Positions 63,002 to 64,000 of a DNA stretch of 64,000 nt are shown one piece after another; the first letter of the stretch is position 1, and each line of letters starts with the position of its first letter. Where the stretch lies: assembly GCA_010093995.1 (NCBI GenBank), contig ML992510.1, forward strand, positions 1,272,326 through 1,336,325, given 5' to 3'. The notes below the pieces were generated by a model, which saw only the letters and a program-made list of their open reading frames with translations, had not been told where the DNA came from and made no database searches. Source of the DNA: Elsinoe ampelina (Eukaryota). Position numbers and translations under genes: made by a program.

Positions 63002-63805
63002 TTAGTCTCGATGACGGCCTGAGGGAGTCGCCGCCGTCCATGATCGATGAAACTTGCCATGGATGAGTTGTTGGCATGTCCTTATCGCATTCGCAAGCGT
63101 CTCCTCTGTTTGGCAGTGCATACGGAGGTCGTGAGGAGTCAGAACGAACCTATCCACTGCGTCTTCGCATGACATGCGTGGTGGACCGCCAGAGTATCGG
63201 CTTGTCCACCACCTCCAAGAGGCATAGCTAAGCAGCTGGCTAGGAAGCGGTTCGATCATGATCAATTTACCGTTCTGGACAACATGCAAGTATTGATCAT
63301 CGATCATCTCTTTGTACTTCCCTTGCTGCGGATGACGGGGCATTTGCGGACTCGCTGAACCGGAACAGCCTTGTGAGTCAGGTGCGTTGCATGTGAAGTG
63401 CGATGGAAAAACTTGAGTGATCCCATCCAAACGGTTCATATCCATAGCTGTAGGAGTTTTGGACCGTTCCAGACACGGATGTGTCGAGCAAGGGACACCG
63501 TCGTCTTCCCATCTTCATGTTAGACGGATACGCTGCGCAATATATTGAGAGTCCTCATAGCATCCCTGGAAAGCACCTTTGCTGACTTCAAAACAATCAG
63601 TAACACTCTTGAAACTTTGACGACCATGTGCCAAGGCGGTGCTCTCCCGCATCTCATGGTCAACATGAATTACTGGGGCGATAATGAGAATCTCGTCATC
63701 TTTAGGACGCATTCCCGCCACTGAGACCGCTGGGTGAGAGTCCTGGTCAAAATACACAAGGCTCGCCAAAGGATTCAGACGAGATAAGCCACCATGAAAA
63801 ACCAA
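63002..63805 (-). pseudogene. Possible uncharacterised gene interrupted by one TGA
   Basis: ORFs 63515-63805 and 63002-63445 are in one frame and separated only by the stop at 63515-63517. A GCTAAT..CAG acceptor-like site lies just upstream. Confidence 0.3.
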
Positions 63806-64000
63806 GGGTTTATCTGACAGGAGGCAAATTAGCTTTAGTCGTCATGGTATCACAAGAGTGGAAATTTGCACGATCCCTCAACAAGGCGCTGTTTGCTCCG
63901 TGGCGGATTCTACAATCCCTTCGAACATGGCATCTTTGTTTAAGTCTCACACAACATGGCACAAGTTGAACAGAGGGAAATGCCACATCATGGAGAGGAG

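Overview
Eukaryotic DNA from a filamentous ascomycete. The short GT-AG introns with CTRAC-type branch sites, the gene families and the RIP signature suggest a Dothideomycete (inference). There are two compartments. A GC-balanced, gene-dense segment (~3.2-38.4 kb) holds about 16 genes: amino-acid permease, ketopantoate-reductase-like protein, sugar porter, frameshifted P450, Zn2Cys6 factor, cutinase, CENP-X/MHF2-domain protein, PhoD phosphatase, S66 peptidase, MFS permease, DUF2235 hydrolase, SDA1, methyltransferase-like protein, a membrane protein and two small secreted proteins. AT-rich, TpA-enriched blocks (1-~3.1 kb and ~38.4-60.4 kb) consist of RIP-inactivated transposons: Copia, Tc1-like, two full-length chromodomain Ty3/Gypsy elements, a pogo/Fot1-like element and unclassified sequence. 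A tail of degenerate genes and a LINE relic follows at 60.5-64 kb. The most striking observation is not visible in the ORF track. After reversing RIP by hand, each Gypsy element carries an extra antisense ORF between pol and its 3' LTR, encoding a Zn(II)2Cys6-like six-cysteine motif plus a coiled coil. These ORFs and the U3 halves of the LTRs differ between the two elements, while pol and R/U5 remain clearly homologous. De-RIPed translations are manual reconstructions and no database searches were run.
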